A stretch of DNA of 49,765 nt, the filler included, from Sphacelaria rigidula (taxonomy: Eukaryota), in NCBI GenBank assembly GCA_964200075.2. It is 3 parts of 3 records of this genome, joined end to end, with 100 filler letters (N's around TTAATTAATTAA, not from the genome) between each part and the next. Parts side by side here need not be neighbours in the genome. Positions count along the whole stretch, not along the records: positions 1 to 16,522 come from CAXNAA020001324.1; 2 more parts are not named here. One strand, given 5' to 3'. The notes under the pieces were generated by a model, which was not told the origin of the DNA, did no database searches, and saw only the letters and a program-made list of their open reading frames with translations. This document shows, piece by piece, positions 1-13,991 of the stretch. The position numbers and the translations under genes are program-made. Numbering within the stretch: position 1 is the first letter of the stretch; each line of letters starts with the position of its first letter.

Positions 1-937
1 CTGACCACGCATCCCTTTCGAGACGGAGCACCGTTCCTACTCCTGATAGAGGCACCTCCAACGGGGGGGGGGAGGAAACTCTCAATGCACAAAATGTATC
101 GCGCCCAGAAATACACGAAGTTGATGCTGTGCGCCTCGAGGCGGTAGTACAACGAATCTGTAGCACTGAGTGCACGATGCGAACGACGTATGGGCAGGGT
201 TGGAATGTCCGCGATCCATCCGTGAGAATTGCAACTTGTACTCTGTCCCACTTTGCAACAAAGGGAAATGGTGAAAAACAACTCCGCAAAAGCGCGATTA
301 CGCGAATGTCGGAAAAAGCTCAAGATAATCGCGTGGGAGCGTCCTCTGCAAGAATTGCAGGTTGATTACGATGGAAGAAGACAACAGCAACCGCTCCCGT
401 CGTGTCAGACTGTCATGATCTCAGGCCCAACAACTCTGGTACTGTCTGAAAGGAGACGTTGACCCTTCCCCGAACAGCTCAACAGTGGTCCTCGGCAGGA
501 GACACTGTCGTCCTAGGCGCTTCTGTTCGGTCGCGTCTAGCGCAAGACGACGCATGAAACCCAAGGGCATCTACCTCCAACATGTGACGAACCCTCACTG
601 GTGTTCGTTTTCTGTGCTACTGCAAGCGTCGATCGATAAGCGGCTAAGCTAAACGACAAGACTGGGAAGATCTGCCGCCGCTTTCGCGCGAATTCGATAT
701 CATTCCGCTCTAGAATTGCCCTTAGAACGTGAGAAATGTTCCGAAAGAGTTTAGCATCGCGCATAACCACCCTTTCCACTCACGCGGCGCATGAAACGCC
801 TCAACGCGCACCGTCGACTTGAAGCTGCACGTATGTGGAAGTTGCAGCATTACCCGAAGCCACGTGCGCTGTAATTGGGCGCCTAATCTCCAAAATCACC
901 GCCTCAATAATATTGAAAAAGGAAAACGCTGCATAAG

Positions 938-1048
938 CCCTTCGACCGCCGGAGTGGGTCATCTATTGGATCGTTGAATCAGTATCGTTATTATTTCCAC
1001 TTCGAAAATTACTCGAGAACCGGATGACCCATCCTTGCAGTCAAAGGG
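938..1048. mobile_element. Diverged piggyBac-type MITE
   Basis: CCCTTCGACCGC..TGGGTCATC and GATGACCCA..GCAGTCAAAGGG form a ~26-bp imperfect TIR; flanks are TAAG/TTAC; internal GTTGAATC is shared with the family. Confidence 0.6.
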
Positions 1049-4000
1049 TTACAGTAGCTCAACTCTCGGTTGTCGTAGCGCCTCGTACACAGCACAACGA
1101 CGTTCACCATCTTAGGAACCTTCCGTGTTTTACTTGGCGATCTGATCGCCGTCCTCGGTAACAAAGTTCCAGGGGGCACGTTCATGCCATCGCAGGTCCG
1201 CACAGTGCGCGGCGCTCTTCAGAACAGACACCGTTGACAGAGCACCGTGTTGAATCGCGAAGGTGGGATGGATGGAACACTATCTTCAAGAGCAGACAGC
1301 TGAGGTGGACCCTCCGCAGCAGGTTGACCATCTGTCTGAGGGATCACAGGAGTCTACTTTCGTGGGTGGTAAACAAAGCTCAGTGCACAACGCACAGCAC
1401 CCCAGGCATGTTATCGGCGCGACAAACACACGGCGTGAGTCTTACACCTCACGAGCGTCCCAAGAGGCACAGGCCAACCGAGAAATCGGTGCACCCAACC
1501 AGGCTTGTACAACACAGTGTAGTGCATGCTTCAGTATGGACTGCCAGGTTAGGTGTGTACTATATATACAGAGCACGCAGACACAGTCGGTCAGCGCCCG
1601 AGTCAGTGTAGTTTTATGCACCACTGCAGCGCACAGCAGGACTGTACAGTACCGAAAAAACCCAAATCACTGGTACCGTCAGCATACAACAGTCAGTCGA
1701 CAAGCACCAAGCTACAAGGATGGGTACGGTGCGGTATGGTAATACACTGTAGTGTAATACGTGTTTAGACCGCGTGCTTTTTTAGGACCACATCGGAGGT
1801 TCAACACCCCGGGACCAACGTGTCGGGAGGACAGCGACACGACGACGACGCAGTTTGCCCCGCAAAGGAGAACAAGAGTTATAAAACTGTGGTATTCAGA
1901 CACCAGTAACTCTTGTACGAGTCATTCTCGCAGCTGGTGCCTGTCAGTACCGAGCATCAGTTCGTCGGTGCGGTCATGACGACGTGGTCGGCGCCGACAC
2001 CTCTCAAAATACACTGGTGTCAAGTTCTTTTCCACTGCAATACCCCTGCTAGAAGTATAGGCCTATTGCATCTATTGACCATGTATTATCAAAGGTGTGG
2101 CACACTGCGTCGTCGTCGTGTCACTCCAGCCACCTCGCCTGGCTTCGCTACCCTAGCTCGATCAATGCGCGGCTCCGGTGTGCTTATGATACGGTCCCTG
2201 CTCTCGTTAGGTCCGAGCGGTCCCTCCCAACACGTCGGTCCCGGGGAATTCAAACTCTGATACACGCGGTCTGGACACGCATTACAGTAGCTCTAGACAG
2301 ATCTAAGGTGCCAACAATCACAGCGCGTTCCAGACCGCACGGCAGGTAGAAGCGTCGAAGGGCTCGGCAAAATCAACACAGAGCACAACAATATGGTACA
2401 CTGAAACTGCCCGGCAGGGACGGCAATGCAACGGGGCAAACAGTCATCACCACACAGGGGTAGTGAACAGTACATGACCAACAGCACAGATCGTCGCGGT
2501 TCGTCTCGCGTGCCGCGTGATGGCTCGCACGTGACTCGAGTCAGCCTCCTCTCTCATCTGCCGAATGATTCGCGATGGCTCGAATACCGTGCAGCAGCAG
2601 CCTGCCAGTAGAAGAATCTCACGCTGAGCCTTGCGGGAAGGGCGAGACGTGCGGCTAACCTATTTGCTCAATATAAACTCCAATAGATTATACATGGGAT
2701 ATCTGTACATCCGTGAGGTTATGGAACAGGTTATCAGCCTGGGAGCAAACCAGCCTATCCCCGTGACTCGTATGACCCGTCTGCGCTGTTCCCTACGAGA
2801 CTTGTCGCACATATGACTCGAGCAAGAACGACCACAGACTTCATGAACGCCAGACAAAGAACAGCTTACAACGATATTTCTAATTCGCCCCAGGTTGGCG
2901 GACTGCGTACGTCAGGCGTCAGAAAAGTTGTTTCTGCATGCAAACACAGCGGCGAGAAATGACTGGCCGCGTACGTCTTATTGTGCTCGTTCTCTCGACG
3001 GGTTTGTCACCCAAAAAAGATACCTCCAGACGTGACTCAGGAGACTGCGAGGGCCACGGCATATACACGACACCATTTGCCGTTGCAACATTATTTTCAA
3101 CACTCGACAAGATGCTGGCGAATAAAGAACAGGAGCTAGACAGCCAGCTGCAACATCGGTCTTACGGCCGCTGAACGTCAGCCACTCATATTATTCCGAA
3201 AAGAGGTCATGTCGAGGGATATGCAAACATGCCCTATAATATATATACTCTCTTTATCGATGCACCCCTGGCGCCCAAGGACGACGTGAACACGGTACTG
3301 TGTGAACATCCAGCGCACAACTCAATGAGCACAGGGTAGTAGCCTTTTTCAAAACAGTATCGCCGCATGGTATTCAGTGTCGGTAATTACGTCGTCATAC
3401 CTGAGCAGCTGCCCTGTTTTTGCAACCATCATGCCCCATGACGACACGGTCGTGCATGCAATATGGGGTTCCTGACCCCTGAATCAGATACTGAAACCGC
3501 ATCATGACTGCGATGGCGAAGCAGCTATATTCTTCACCTAATGGATTTACCTGGGTCACACTTTCGACCGGGGTCAGCACAACTAAGGCAAAGTCACTAC
3601 AGTACAGTAGTACAGTACAGTACGGTACAGTAACATGATGCCTTCTTTCTCACTACTCGTTGCGGGGCCGACATGCTTTTGTCAGCGTGACCTTCCACTG
3701 CCAGCTTGAAAAAGAAGAAAAAAGAGGGTTCTGTGTTATTTTTATTATCGAAGCTCAAAACTTCATGTTTGCTGGCTTCCCGCGATCTATGCATGACGCA
3801 CTCCGAGGAATAATTATCAACACACAAAAAAAACGTGCTGACCCAGGGATAGTCACGTCCGCCCGTCATCTTTCAAACCAACAATCAAGTTCAGCATTCA
3901 TTCATCGAACTAACATGATGCCGACTCAGCACAAGCACCATCCGCGGGTTTCAGCGGTTTCGATAATTCCGCCAGCCTGTTCTGGATTTTTATATCGTAG

Positions 4001-5858
4001 CACTAAGCAACATGACCGGCGTAATATGGCAAACGAAATCGTCTCTCCGCCCTGTCGTGTGCTGCGTATCAGTACTATTTCTTAACCCCGCTTGCCCCCG
4101 CCCCTCACATTGTCCTCTGTCCACTGTACCTGCCCGTCACCCTTCTCATTGAGTCACCCAGCACACCCAGATACCGCACGTGACGGCGTACATCAGCGGT
4201 ACGGCGTATACCATCTCCTGAAAGACACCTGCGGGTGATGAGCTTTGATTGTTTTTTACACCATGCCGCTATCTACGGTACAGTGGTGATCCCACTACAG
4301 TGCAGGGTCTCACCATCGTGCGACGAAAATCTTGTCGTGAGTCTTACTCGCAACTGCACACTAATATCAAGAGTATCACACGGGGTCCCGGTATAGTGCG
4401 GTCATGCCGGGCCGCCGACCCATCGCCCTACGCTGTTACCCCCGCTGTACTGACTAGGGGTATGTTGTGTAGCACGTAGCATCCACACCTAACAACCATC
4501 CTCGGGTAACCCGTTTTCGGGTTCCAAAAAGTCATCACCCAGGGGTCGCGTAAACGGTACCTCTGGTACATCATGTCTCTCATGCTGCACCTGTGTGCCC
4601 GGGCGTGCTTCGATAAGTGTTAGGTTGACATATCCTCATCGTTGCGATCATGCACCGGCATAATTGACGCATCCCAGCGTTTTTTACCTCCGGGGTTGTG
4701 CCGGTATTTCCTTCACAACATCTTTAATGCAGATGTTACGACGAATGAAACAAACCAGGATGAAACCTCTTCATTCATGATTGTGTTTTGCGGACGTTTT
4801 TCACAACACGAACTCTACCGCGTAAATAGGTGCTGCGACATAATGTTGACCACCTTTAGACAACACTACAGTAGCTGCAGATCAAGTGGCAACTCTGTTT
4901 CTTTAGTTCGGACGGTAACCTAACGGTGTCATTTCTTCAGCTCCCAAAAGCAGCCCAACAATGTCTCCCTCTCCATCACCAAACATTTCCCTCGCGTGTT
5001 CGTGTCCCGTCCTATATTGCTTTGACCACAACCCGTAGTGTGACGCGACCCCAGAATACGACCTGTACTCTTGCACCGCACCAGTAACACAAAAAAATGG
5101 TTCTTGTTACACTCACCAGTTTTCCTGTGGTAATGTATTGCTGTTCTTCGATTGGGTTTCCTCAAGGTTAACCCTGCTTGGCTCTATAAGCTGACAAAAT
5201 GAGAAGCCTCCCCGCGGTCCAAACGGTTGTACACACATCTATCGATTGCCAAGACTTTCGTCGCCGATAGCACCACGACTTGTCGGGAAACAGTAGAACT
5301 TCAATCACAACTCAAGCAACGTGCGCACCTTCCGGTACCGACTGTGGGGTAGAGCTTCCATCATAACGAAGGCCATTCGAGTTCCTTGCTCCTGTGCTCG
5401 CGCAACGTCTATTTCAGGCTGTTCCACTGGCCGACTGTGAGCGCTCGCTCATGGACAGGGCGATCGATCATCGTGACGTCATTCACTCACGCGCGCCCTG
5501 TTCTCGCGCAATACCCAGAGGTGGTGTACCGACTGGCACTGGCGGACGGATATTCTTTCATGAATAGGGGGACCAAGGGACACAATGAAGCGCGAACAGC
5601 ACCCATTGCTGACCATGTGCTTTCAGGCGAACGACTTACGCCGCTATAAACGCCCTGTTTATCGCAGCACAGAGCGTGAGGTTAGTGTTATGGGGGATAC
5701 TAGAGAACTATGGAGGTTCGGGTTGGTGCTAGATGACGTACTGTTGAGACCACGCGTTTCGATAGTAGTAGCCGGCAGCTCTACGCGCGCTCGTTGCCAA
5801 AACAGCACAGTTTAGCGATGTGGAACGGAAACCACGTCCCTGTATTCCCCACGTTCAA

Positions 5859-5958
5859 CCCTTAGACGGCGAGCGTAGGCCATCTGTTGAATCGGCATAA
5901 ATTTCACTTGAAAACAGTGTGCATGATCCAGATGAACTAGCCCCTGGCGGTCTAAGAG
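5859..5958. mobile_element. piggyBac-type MITE, same family as 7359-7457
   Basis: TCAA|CCCTTAGACGGC...GCGGTCTAAGAG|TTAA; shared internal TGTTGAATCGGCAT...GTGTGCATG. Confidence 0.8.
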
Positions 5959-6668
5959 TTAATCCTCCGCAGCGAGTTGACCTTGTGCCCACGTACTCTG
6001 GCAGACCATGACGGGCTCTGTGGGTCACCTCGTGATACCCTATTTGTCTGAGGCACCGAAGCAGAGACGGGAGCACGGATTTAGAGACTACCAACTCTCC
6101 ACTCGTGGAACATCACAACCCCCGTTCACGACGACCCGCACACACGCCTCCTCAAAGACTTCCTTGCGGGAGAACAAGATGTCCTCACGTTCGGGACAAC
6201 AATGTTTGTATGATACAAGTAGCTCCTAACCCATAGCCGAGGTAGGCATTTCTTTTCACTGTTCAGTACATTTCTGTTGACCTCAGAGAAGCTTTCCTGT
6301 GATATTGAGAGAATATAAATGATGAACGTGAGAGACGGTGAGCGTGCCCGACACCATGTGTTGCAGGGAAAGCAAGCGCTGCCTATTTTTTCTGCCGCTC
6401 TGCATGAAAATACAAACACGTGCGTGATATCGTGTTCCCAGTTCCCAGCGGCTGGCCCTTGGAACAAAGAAGTGGGACCGCCTACTTGTGGTGAGGCGAA
6501 TTTATCGCCAAAATTGCATGGTTGAACACTCGTCGTATGAGGATATCTATCAGAGCTTAGGGCCCTTTGACCGCCAAGGTGGGCGATCCGGGTCTCACTT
6601 TCACTTTTCAAATGAAACTGCCGCCTCAACAGGTGAGCCACCCTGCCAGTGAGTGGGTTCACGGCTTA

Positions 6669-6830
6669 CGAGACAACGAACGAAAAGAAAGGTAGAGCAA
6701 AGCAAGCGCCCAAAAGCAGTCTGTTGGTTGATCGCAGCGGTATTAATCCCGCCGCGTCATGTCGCGTCAATCATTCCAACATGCTGCTCTTGGACGCTTG
6801 CTGTGCTCTCCGCTTCTTTTTTTGGTCCCC
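6669..6830. mobile_element. Hairpin MITE with TA flanks (family also at 35525-35667 and 35847-35990)
   Basis: TA|CGAGAC..AAGCGCCCAAAAGCAG...CATGCTGCTCTTGGACGCTT..GGTCCCC|TA; long imperfect palindrome. Confidence 0.65.
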
Positions 6831-7358
6831 TACGAAAATATAGGGACCGCCTCTTTCTTCCGCCACCGTGTGAATTACCTGAACGTGAGATAGCAGTTGA
6901 ACAAGGTGGCTTTCCGCGCCGCAGGAACAAATTCGGCGGGCATGTTATTATTTACTTTTCATCTCGAAGCGGAGGATTATTCTCGAGGGTATCCCTCTCT
7001 CTTCGGCCGAGGTGGGGAGCTATTGTTATGGCCAACGGTTTTCCGTGGGCCGCCCTCATTCCAAAGGATGCACAATCCTGTTATCTTGTTTTCTTTGCTC
7101 GTGCTGCATGTCGAACAGAGGTGAGTAGTGTTGATACGTGGATATACCCATCGCATCTTCATATTTCGGGGTCTTTTTCGCCATCTTCTACACGGACGTA
7201 AGTGGAACAGGATACACGTTACAGACGTTCATACTATTACTGTTGGATAAAGTGGGTACAAGAGTACAGCGCGGTGCCATGCAGCATAAATAATAACTCC
7301 TATAACAAGTACTGTGCATACAACAGTTGTTCTACATGATCGTAAGATGCTTGCTTAA

Positions 7359-7457
7359 CCCTTAGACCGCGAGGTTGGTCTTTTGTTGAATCGGCATCGA
7401 TTTTAAGTGAAAAAAAAGTGTGCATGGTCCGGAAAGACTAATCTTGCGGTCTAAGGG
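7359..7457. mobile_element. piggyBac-type MITE (99 bp)
   Basis: TTAA|CCCTTAGACCGC...GCGGTCTAAGGG|TTAA; the TIR extends to ~25 bp with 3 mismatches. Confidence 0.85.
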
Positions 7458-8218
7458 TTAAAACACGCTCAATGTATGAACAAATCGTCCAAAAAGCAAG
7501 ATGAATTGCTGAAAGTTCGCTGTGAGCGCCTTTACTCTGGGAGCACCCCTTTGGGTGACCCGTGCGGGGGACTTGCAGGCTGCCGTCTGCGGCGGCAACG
7601 CCTCCGACGCCTTTTCGAGGCACCAAATCTCCCTTCGCCAGATCTGAAGCTCTCCCAGGCTAGCCCTATGTTCCCGGACCAACAGTCGTCCCGTACAGAC
7701 CCGTAGTTGTCGCCGATGTTAGATGCCGTCTTATCGAGGCAAGAAAAAAGATAACATACGATGGGAATGAGAACGATTCTGGCGGTATATGTGCTTTTCT
7801 CTTTATTCTTGTCCTTCTGATTGGATGAAGGCTGATGCTCCGTTCCCCTCGCCCCCGATTTTACTTTCACAAAAAATTTATCATGCTGACAAAAAAAAGT
7901 GAGAGCGGAGGAACAATCCGACGAGAGTGCGAAAGGGACGTCGTATGTTGGTTGCCACGAGTAAGCTGTTCGGCTATTCATGAGGCCCACAACTGGCTTT
8001 CTCATCGTCAGCAGTAGTCAATCGCGAAATACACACCCCGCGTGCACAGCTCCCAATGAAAGACGCGAACTGCTGTATCTCCCAGCACTTCGCCGAGTGA
8101 TACGCATGGGCCCATCGGCGGGTAGTACGGACTAGGGCTTCCCAGCAGGATGGCGATCACGGGCAAGGTGCATGAGCATTAACGCATGGTCGAGACGTGG
8201 ATCGTCTCTTCCATGAGG

Positions 8219-8221
<3 letters not shown>

Positions 8222-8250
<29 letters not shown>
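8222..8250 (+). repeat. (AGC)n microsatellite
   Basis: About 9 tandem AGC units. Confidence 0.9.
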
Positions 8251-8252
<2 letters not shown>

Positions 8253-11200
8253 TTGGCACCGGCTCATTTAGCCCCACCCCCAACCGTATACAGCTGCTTG
8301 TAGTAAACATGCTACCGCTGCTCCTGCTGCTGCTTCTCATCGTGCTCGAGGCAGTCCGCGTTTCGACCCTGCGACAAGCCGATGCGCCTTGCGCGTGGTT
8401 GCGGCCCTGCTGGAAATCTTTGGTCTCTTCGCGTTTTGTTACCATTGCTCATGGCGAGCTGGGCTTGACCAGCGCTCCGCACGGTCGGTTTTTAGAGAGG
8501 TAAAAACTGCAATTTTGAAACGATGTTTATTTTAAAATCCAGGTGAACAAAGATTATTGCCTGAGCCAAAATAGATTGAAAAAGAGAAGAATCACAGTCA
8601 ATTTGAAATTCTGATAGACCTCTAAAATGTAATATTTCAACAAATGCATTTACTGGTATACGTGTATATGTGTATCTATATCGATATATTTGGCTTAATC
8701 AAGACCGTTGATCATCATGACAGACACAAAATCTCGATCTGTTCGCAGATCGGGGGGACAACTCAAATAGAGAAACGCCTACTATGGACTCGAATATTGC
8801 CCAGATCGGGGGAGCTCAATTCGGTGCTCCAGACGGGGAAAGTTAAAGTCCCCTGTAAGCTGTAGTAAGGTGACGTACGTGAAGTGACGTACGATGATGG
8901 AGTAAGAGGCATTTAATCTTTCGAATCCATAGCAGTAGACGGTCTCGTGACAGCACGGACTATCACCACGCTCACCAGCTCCTGGAGCAGGTTCGTAGCA
9001 CAGGTAGCGCGAAGGGGTTGACAATATATAAAAAATGTTGACGCCACACCCTTTGTGCAACATCGTTGCACCCCCCTCTCTAGCTGACACAGACTACATC
9101 CACAAGGGATGAGTGTGATGAAATCGAATCCTGACAAATGCAAATTGTTTTGCAGGATCTGGTTCCGGCATAAGATGATATATTACGCAGTGCATTTTCT
9201 TCCCTCTTTCTTTCGGATGGCGGCGTGGGCATCAACAGGTCGGTCTGCTTTTCACAGCGATATACTTACATCTGATTGAGTCAGGGAACTGAAGAAGCTA
9301 TCGTGTGCTGGACAAGTATGAGCTTTGAGGATGGCCCAGCTCGAATGGAAGAGTGTCAGGCTGATCCTGTTTTCTGGTCTTTCGAGAGCGGGTCGATACC
9401 GTATTACAAGACGAAAAAACGCACAACACCTGCTACCAATCTTGTCAATTATCTACTCGTGCTCGTAGGACAGGACCATTTGAAATCGGGATGACTACAA
9501 GCTTGTGGAACAGAACCATTTTTACTCGGGATGATTGCAAGCATACATTTTCATGTACATTGTCCGATCTCGGCACACCTGTTTCCTGCGATATGCAGAG
9601 TTTTCGCGCACTCGGCAACCAAGATCGTTAGTTGGTTGAAATATGAGCTACATCCTACAACGCTACTTGGGCTTTTATCTGAACATCTGAACCATCACTC
9701 TCCGGTTTTACCGGGCTAATACAGTACCCCCAAGGAATCGATCGACCAGCGTACGCAGCCTTCGGTTCGACCAACATCGGCACAGGCGCCAACTTGAGCA
9801 ACTTTCGCCTCGCCAGCGCACACTGCGTATTCCCGCCCTCAATCTGCCTCGTGTTGGGCTTGGGGTTCAGCAAGGGCAAAGTATATTCAACCATGGCTCA
9901 CTCGCGAGAATCCTCAATCCTCCTTGTTTGAGCTAGCTGCCTTGCTACAGTAGTGCATGAGTGAACGGTGTACAATCAAAGAAAATGGAAACAAGCACAC
10001 CGTCCAACGGACCTCTGTACGTCGACCACAGGTCTTGACACAGATCATTCTGCGTATCACCTTCAACACTTCAAGAACCCGCCACGTTTTGTCGAGCCTT
10101 TTTTTGCGATCTGAAATAAACATGTGTACATGTACCGCTTGAACTTGAAGAGCCTGCATTTCGCCGTCGCGAAAATATACCCTAGGTGCGGTGCGCTGGC
10201 TCAAGTATGTATCAAAAGGATCGTATGTTTTGCATCACTACCCCCGCTCTCTCGGCGCAGACATTCATTGCCTCCTAAGTAGAGGTACTGTACGAATTGT
10301 TTTTTTTTCCTCTCCCGATGAGAGCGCCTCAACACCCGCTCCTCACGGTAAAGCCCGCCCACGGAAAGCCCATTACCGAAGTCGAGTTCAGTAGACTCAA
10401 AACCACCGGAGGACCACGCAATATCTACACCAGTATCCGGATAAGCTGTATGGGCGTACTGTATACACCGTGAAATATAGGAGGGATCTCGAGTTTGAGA
10501 AACCTCTATTTGAAAATGCTTCCGACAGTACAATGTTGGCACGCTGAATCTGATACGATACTATTTCTTCGGAGCGGGATGTCTTCCGGGTGGGGCGCAT
10601 TGTGGCGCATAGAGCCTGTGCAGGTGCAATGAGCAACAAGGAGCTTGCGCTGTTTCGCCGTCGAATTGTGCTGCTTGTTGCTGTTTTCATGGCCAACATG
10701 TGGCGAACACCGTAGGACGCGGTACACCGCGATACACCGAGAGTACGGAGCCGCCCGCACGGTAGGACCGGGCTTGCGGAGTTATTATTATACACCAAGG
10801 TCGCCTTTGCTGACGTATCCGTACCCCTGCCCTGACCAGTTCGTGGATGGCGGAGCAACATCCAACCTTTAGTGCATTTTCGACGGTGATGATGCTGTGC
10901 TGCCAGGTTGAGCGCAGATGAATATTCGTAAACTCGAGTGGGTCTATCACGAGGCCGGGGTAGTCATCAGAGAACAAAGGAGACCGTGAGACACAGCTCG
11001 GGTTCAGTCGGCGCACCAAATTTCATGGGGGCGTCACGCAGGAAAGCCAACGCACGACAGGTGTGATTTGACATATACTTCGTGAATACAATGATTATCA
11101 CCCCTTCCGAATTCATTTTTTCACTGCAATTACGCCAAGCACAAATGCGTGCCTCACGCAGCAGCCATACGCTACCGTATACACATCAGTACGATCTGTG

Positions 11201-13672
11201 AGATGAAACGCGAAGCTAAGGTCGTTCGCTACTCAAATCTATTTATTACATTAGGAGTTGATTCCGTCACAAATTATGAGAACGTTGTCTGGGCTCTCAG
11301 GTCCCGACGCAGCAACAACCATGTTGCTCCAACCGTCACTTTCAACTCGGCCCCAAACATTCGAATTTCAAAACCGGGCGCAAGGAAATTTCGAAATATT
11401 TTGCGCCCCCTCCGCTTTTCAGGTCTTCATGACCAATAAACAAGACCGCGGGAATATACCGATTACATACAAAAGACAGGAGAGTCGACGAATTTATTCG
11501 GGGCAGACTTTGAGCAACGGCTTTGATGCGTTCGTTCATCAAGAGTCGAACAGAACGCATCTTGTCTCTTGTTTTTCTGTATGGTACAGCGAAGAATAGG
11601 AGGGGCGGTCCTCATGTGCTCTATGCTTGCTTGGCCCAAAGTTGCCCGGGGTAAAATCTTGATGCATGAATGTGCGTTTTGCGTTTTGTTACTGTTCATT
11701 TCCCGGCAAGAATATCGCCAAGGGATGAAATATTCAAATATTTCCGATTTTGTTCCACGCAACCGAAAACCAGTAGAACAGTCGCAATACAGTATCCGAG
11801 CTGCATGAACGCCCTCCATAACCGAAAAAAAAATGATCTTGGTGGTGGCTCGCTAGCCCACGCACGCGCGCACAGCCAAGAGAGATAATACCGTGGGTGT
11901 TGTATGGCTCACGTCTGAGCTTGATAGGAATGCACTGGCACAAACCAGACATTCATGTTCTAGGGATCGACGCGAGAGTTGTATCACACTGTTCAAGACA
12001 TGTGAGTGGTACACAAGGCGCTCGACAAAAGCGCAACACACAGCCGGTACGGACGCTGTACAACGACAGAGTCAAAAACGTGTAGAGCACTCGTCCGCAC
12101 TGGTTGACATGCGAGATTCTTAACGTATGCAACATGCATTCATATTGCCATCACGAACTTGCACCGCTAGGTTCGCCACGCACAGCGAGACGCAGGTGAG
12201 ATGGTGGCCTGTGGGCGGGACGTTCACGTTGCTGGGTGCATTACAATGCACAGCAGTGCGCTGTTGTACGACACACATCTCTAAGCACCATCATCTGCCA
12301 GTGTGCACGTATCTAATCCCGCGAACCAGTCAGTTACAACCGAAAAAGATGCTTGTTCCTTTGACAGACCGCGAAAGTAGGGAAACTCCTCCACTCTCAC
12401 ACCCCTACAGAACGTACTGTACAATACCGCGATACCGTCTCGATACAAGAGCCGCCGGAAAGTACAAAAAAAGCCAACACAACCCTGTCTGTCTGGGTGC
12501 GTATTATATTCTCCTACACAGAGCGGGTGAGACGGATGAAGAAAAAAAAGACCTCCCGCGAGGTCCGTGCGCGTTATTAGTGCAGTGTTTAGCTTTCGTT
12601 TGCCGGGTATTCAGTACCCCTACCGTAACACCACTGATGATGCTGTTATCAAGCTCTCCTATGTGCAACCGACACTTTATCGGGTGTATGATCCACAGAA
12701 ATGTTTGAAAGTTCGCAACGCCTTGCTGTGTTACACTGGTGTTCATGTGATTTTCGTGACTCTCAGCAAGTACTCTAGATTGAATTTTGGCGGAGCACGC
12801 TGCCTCGAGGAAGTGTCGTGCTCGTTAGAAAGTAACTATAGACAGCAGAGCAGTACAGCAGCAGGGAATACAGCAGGACGCCTAAAGCGCGGACAACTCA
12901 TCTGTACAACATAATGTTGGCGGTCGGTGGTCAGTTTGACATTTCTGGTCATAGACCACCATTAATGAACAACTACAGTTGTAGGATTCCATTCTCTTTT
13001 GATTAGACTTCGGAAGCAAGAGTCTTCCACCACGGAGAACAACCAAGGAAAAAGTAAGGCTGTATGTTTTGTAGTGGATCACCAACAACCACCGGTACTT
13101 GACGTGCGCCGAAGATACTCCTGTAATACGGTCATGACGTAAATTGCTCACAGTCGTCGACTCCCAGAATGGTGCATCTCCATCCCTCACTCAAAAAGAA
13201 CGCAACTGTGTGCGGAGCTGAGAGAGCCATCTTTGATGACGGCATACAGAAGAAACGTACCGCCGTTGCGTACATTTTTTGTTCAGCCTTCACGCGTTAT
13301 CAGCCAGTCTGCTCGATGATCGCAAACGCATCATGTACAACTATTCTTTCAAATGCCAGGACGAGTTTCGATGGGAAAACGCCCATCGCCGACAACAAAC
13401 TAGGCGGTCTCGCTAAGACTCGCAGACCGGCACACCATCTTTCTGTCAGTCTGCACCGTGACTACTTGACGCAACCTCATTTTGCAAACCGTCCGCACCA
13501 GCTCGCAGAGAGAGACTCGGTGCCCGTTCACGCACCATATCCAAGAATGCGGTTCTTATTGATGTCGAGTTCGTTTTTCGATTTGTTGCATACCATTTTC
13601 ATTTTTCAACACAAAAAAATTCCAACTGTTTGTGTTGTGGCACACACTGTAACTAACCTACTACTACCGTAC

Positions 13673-13774
13673 CTGCTGCATCCCTTGACCCATGCCCTGT
13701 TGACCCATGCCCGCGCCCATGCCTTGCCCCTGCCCTTGCCGCATGCCCATCGCCTGTCCATAGCCTCCTTCCAT
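13673..13774 (-). CDS. Probable first coding exon of an unknown Gly/Gln/Met-rich protein (MEGGYGQAMGMRQGQGQGMGAGMGQQGMGQGMQQ)
   Basis: accATGG context preceded by an in-frame stop, upstream acceptor ccccacag (13801), donor CAG|gtacgg at 13672, and a coherent low-complexity peptide. No downstream exons identified. Confidence 0.6.
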
Positions 13775-13953
13775 GGTTCAAAATCTTCGCTTCGGGTCAG
13801 CTGTGGGGCGCGTAGTGTGCGGAGGGGTTGGGGGTAGCCGAAATTCACTGCAAAGCGGGATATGTGGTGTTGGGTGATGGACAACGACTGCCAACAAAAA
13901 AAATTGCGCGTGAAAAAAAAAGCCAGAGAACGGATGTTCTTGACGTGGGAACG

Positions 13954-13991
<38 letters not shown>
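13954..13991 (+). repeat. Poly-C homopolymer (~38 nt)
   Basis: Direct observation; similar poly-G/C runs lie near contig ends (~16452, ~16699, ~33052). Confidence 0.95.

Noticed and set aside
8179..8503. Poly-Leu/poly-Ser ORFs resembling a signal or transmembrane peptide
   Set aside because: Produced by an AGC microsatellite; no consistent exon structure or family match.
13169..13837. 222-aa plus-strand ORF
   Set aside because: No recognisable domain; its 3' part is antisense to the G/Q/M exon.
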